Positions 25,908-27,834 of a stretch of DNA of 27,834 nt are shown in pieces. The stretch's first letter is position 1. Each line of letters opens with the position of its first letter. The stretch is from IMG/VR virus record IMGVR_UViG_3300025168_000504, positions 1 to 27,834 of that record. One strand, given 5' to 3'. The stretch is from a virus. Lineage: Duplodnaviria; Caudoviricetes. Below the pieces are notes generated by a model. That model did no database searches and was not told the origin of the DNA. It was given only the letters and a program-made list of their open reading frames with translations. A program made the position numbers and the translations under genes.

Positions 25908-26270
25908 GGTAAGACCTTTCTTGCGGGTCAGTGAGTTGTAAAGTTGATACGGCGTCAATGCCCACGATTTAATAGCGCACACTACTTTAACGTGCCCGAC
26001 ACAATTGTTGAGAATTGAGAACGACATACATGGAACGTCACCGCGCTCAATGGATACGACCTCAAAGCCGTACGACAAATAGTGTGCCTTTAAATCAAAG
26101 TCGGCTGCAGCCTCAGCTCGAATAATCGGCAGCCCCTTATGCCAGTTGTAACTGAGCCACATGTTCTGCTCGGTATCCTGCAGCGCACACCAGACATGAC
26201 GGCGGCTGCGGCTAAGCATCCACGCAAGTGGGTGTGCATTCTCTGCGCCAAAGACAACCAGACACTTCAT
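25668..26270 (-). CDS. Putative permuted papain-like Cys peptidase domain, in frame with the Pro-rich virion protein (200 aa)
   Basis: ATG 26270 (track start is GTG 26282). RRHVWCAL...W...NNCVGHVK...LTPYQLYNSL gives His-before-Cys order plus a TPxxL motif. No stop before the Pro-rich part. Confidence 0.6.
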   Translation of the reverse strand: MKCLVVFGAENAHPLAWMLSRSRRHVWCALQDTEQNMWLSYNWHKGLPIIRAEAAADFDLKAHYLSYGFEVVSIERGDVPCMSFSILNNCVGHVKVVCAIKSWALTPYQLYNSLTRKKGLTMKLKQLFTVPGFGMGKSSSPPPPPPPLPPPPTKADPAVVQSREAEQRRLKQARGLRSTIRTNKSPMAAADTADKTLLGN

Positions 26271-26305
26271 GGCTTGACACACTACATTATGTGTCGGTTG
26301 CTTGT

Positions 26306-27787
26306 CTAGCTACTAAATGGGTCATACTCTGTAGCGGTTGCTTGCTGCGTGCCGGTGAAACCCAACCTCGAGGGGTAGACCGGCAGGACGTAGGTCAATG
26401 CCAGCGCGTCAGCCATATCAGGCGATGCAACGCCCCGGCTCTTCGCGGCCTCCTTGCTCTCCAGCTTGATCTCATTCTTCAGGGTGTAGCCGTACTCGAG
26501 GCCGGTCAGGTCAGTGATCAGGTCTGCGCTGTCTGGCAGCCTGATGCCGTCAATGATCGCCTCTTTCAGATTGCCCCACATCTGTGCCCGTAGATTTGAA
26601 TAGCCACGCTGCGTCGCCTTACTGCCGAAGTTGATCTCGACGACATCAAGGCCGAGCTGCCTGCACCGATCCACGACACCGCCGCCTACACCGCCGCCAT
26701 CGATGAACACAGTGTCGGGGTTCTTTGCCCTCGCAATCTCCACGACCTTGGCTGACAGCTCCATCGTATCCATGCCTCGGAACGTGTGCCATCCTTGGCT
26801 CTCTGCATCTCTGCCCTGTCGCAGGCAGATCACCGACTGATCGTCGCCGAACCGTGCAACATCGACACCCATGACCAACGGATCGTGAGGCTGCACCGCA
26901 ACTGTCAGGTTGATGCAGTCGCGTGCTGCCTCGCTCGGGATGAACTGCAGCTCGCCTGCTGAGGGAAATTCGCCAAGCACCCGGACCTTAACGAAGTCGC
27001 TCTCGATGCCGTAGTCGTCGATCCACGTCTCGAACAGCCGCTTGTTCGTGATCTTCACATCCCTGCTGTCGATGTGACGTCGGTTGTATCGATGCCGGAA
27101 CCGGCCCGCCATGTTCTCGTAGAACCGGCCTGTATTCCGCGTCGGGTTCCCGAAGTCGAATGTCATCGCCTCGCCATCGGTCAGCCCACCCTCTCGGACC
27201 TCGAAGATCTTGTCGGGCACCGCTGATGCCTCGTCAAATATGTAAAACGGTGTCGCTGCCGCAGCGTGCAGTCCAGCAAATGCCTCGCTGTTCTCCTCCC
27301 TGCAGGTCTGAGCATCGACACGCCACGTCTCCCGGTGATCATTGTGATACATGTTCATCGAGCCACCGCCGCCAGCATTCAGGGTCCACCAGTGTTTCGT
27401 GATCCCCATATGATGCCACTTAGCCAGCTCGGCCCACGTCTTGGTGCGAAGCTGCTCCGACGTGTTGGCAGTCACAATGCCTTTCGAGAATGGCCGGGTG
27501 TCCATAATCCATCGGATTAGCCAAGCGGTGAGCGCGGACTTGCCGATGCCATGTCCGCTCGCAGTGCTGAATTGAATTGGATCGACTGCGTTGTGTCCGT
27601 CAAAGCCCCGGCTCCTGACCTCTGCGCCGACCTCGTTAAGAAACTCTCTAGCCCAGTCGTCGGGGCCTGCAAAGCCTTCGAGCTGCCCGCTGTTCCAAGG
27701 ATAGCTGAACAGAACATGGCCGAGAGGATCGGCATAGAATTGCGCGACCTCCTCCGCCAGCTCAACGTCTAAGGCAGGCTGGTTCAC
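26306..27787 (-). CDS. terL: Terminase large subunit (493 aa)
   Basis: Walker A ASGHGIGKS, Walker B YIFDEAS, coupling motif GNPT, RNase-H nuclease motifs GVDVARFGDD, IDGGGVGGGVVD and SPDMADALALT; GTG start overlapping the upstream TGA. Confidence 0.97.
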   Translation of the reverse strand: MNQPALDVELAEEVAQFYADPLGHVLFSYPWNSGQLEGFAGPDDWAREFLNEVGAEVRSRGFDGHNAVDPIQFSTASGHGIGKSALTAWLIRWIMDTRPFSKGIVTANTSEQLRTKTWAELAKWHHMGITKHWWTLNAGGGGSMNMYHNDHRETWRVDAQTCREENSEAFAGLHAAAATPFYIFDEASAVPDKIFEVREGGLTDGEAMTFDFGNPTRNTGRFYENMAGRFRHRYNRRHIDSRDVKITNKRLFETWIDDYGIESDFVKVRVLGEFPSAGELQFIPSEAARDCINLTVAVQPHDPLVMGVDVARFGDDQSVICLRQGRDAESQGWHTFRGMDTMELSAKVVEIARAKNPDTVFIDGGGVGGGVVDRCRQLGLDVVEINFGSKATQRGYSNLRAQMWGNLKEAIIDGIRLPDSADLITDLTGLEYGYTLKNEIKLESKEAAKSRGVASPDMADALALTYVLPVYPSRLGFTGTQQATATEYDPFSS

Positions 27788-27834
27788 AGGGGGTCGTAGT
27801 CCGACAAAGTGTGAGCCACAGGCATGTCGGGTGC
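27784..27834 (-). CDS. 3' end of the upstream gene (probable terminase small subunit), partial
   Basis: Open frame ...APDMPVAHTLSDYDPL* whose TGA overlaps the terL GTG (GTGA). Identity is inferred from position only. Confidence 0.5.
   Translation of the reverse strand, partial: APDMPVAHTLSDYDPL

Noticed and set aside
26271-26305. TTGACA on the + strand and a short inverted repeat (GACACA...TGTGTC) between terL and the next gene
   Set aside because: No -10 hexamer at 16-18 nt spacing, and the 6-bp stem has no U-tract; insufficient to call a promoter or terminator.
342-27772. Numerous plus-strand ORFs in the track (e.g. 11916..12539, 18880..19455, 24292..24975)
   Set aside because: All lie antisense to well-supported, tightly packed minus-strand genes, have shadow-like composition and show no convincing motifs.
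1-27834. tRNA, rRNA, CRISPR array, integrase/IS elements, alternative genetic code
   Set aside because: There is almost no intergenic space and none of these signatures were seen. TAA, TAG and TGA all terminate genes at sensible positions under the standard code.

Overview
A 27.8-kb piece of a tailed dsDNA phage genome (podovirus with a BPP-1/epsilon15-like head and tail module; the small genes at the left end suggest a marine/environmental alphaproteobacterial-type phage, which is inference). All real genes are on the minus strand and tightly coupled. From right to left: 3' end of an upstream gene (probable TerS), large terminase, a putative Cys-peptidase fused in frame to a small Pro-rich virion protein, an epsilon15 gp10-like staple protein, portal, Bbp19-like protein, scaffold, major capsid, Bbp16-like cement protein, a hairpin terminator, a 57-aa ORF missed by the track, tail tubular proteins A and B, a GNAT acetyltransferase, three internal (ejected) virion proteins, tail fibre, fibre chaperone, a holin-like membrane protein and two exported proteins (the last is truncated). 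The most interesting object is the 3339-aa ejection protein. Its middle is an array of four effector-like cassettes: two ADP-ribosyltransferase-like, one HhH DNA-glycosylase-like and one possibly SAM-lyase-like. Each is delimited by a recurring L-[E/F]-Q motif, and the array sits directly before an HExxH metallopeptidase, which looks like an injected self-cleaving polyprotein. Two cassettes also carry, hidden in the +1 frame at their 3' ends, small ORFs with proper Shine-Dalgarno sites, which are candidate overprinted immunity/inhibitor genes. Domain calls come from motif recognition by eye; no database search was run.
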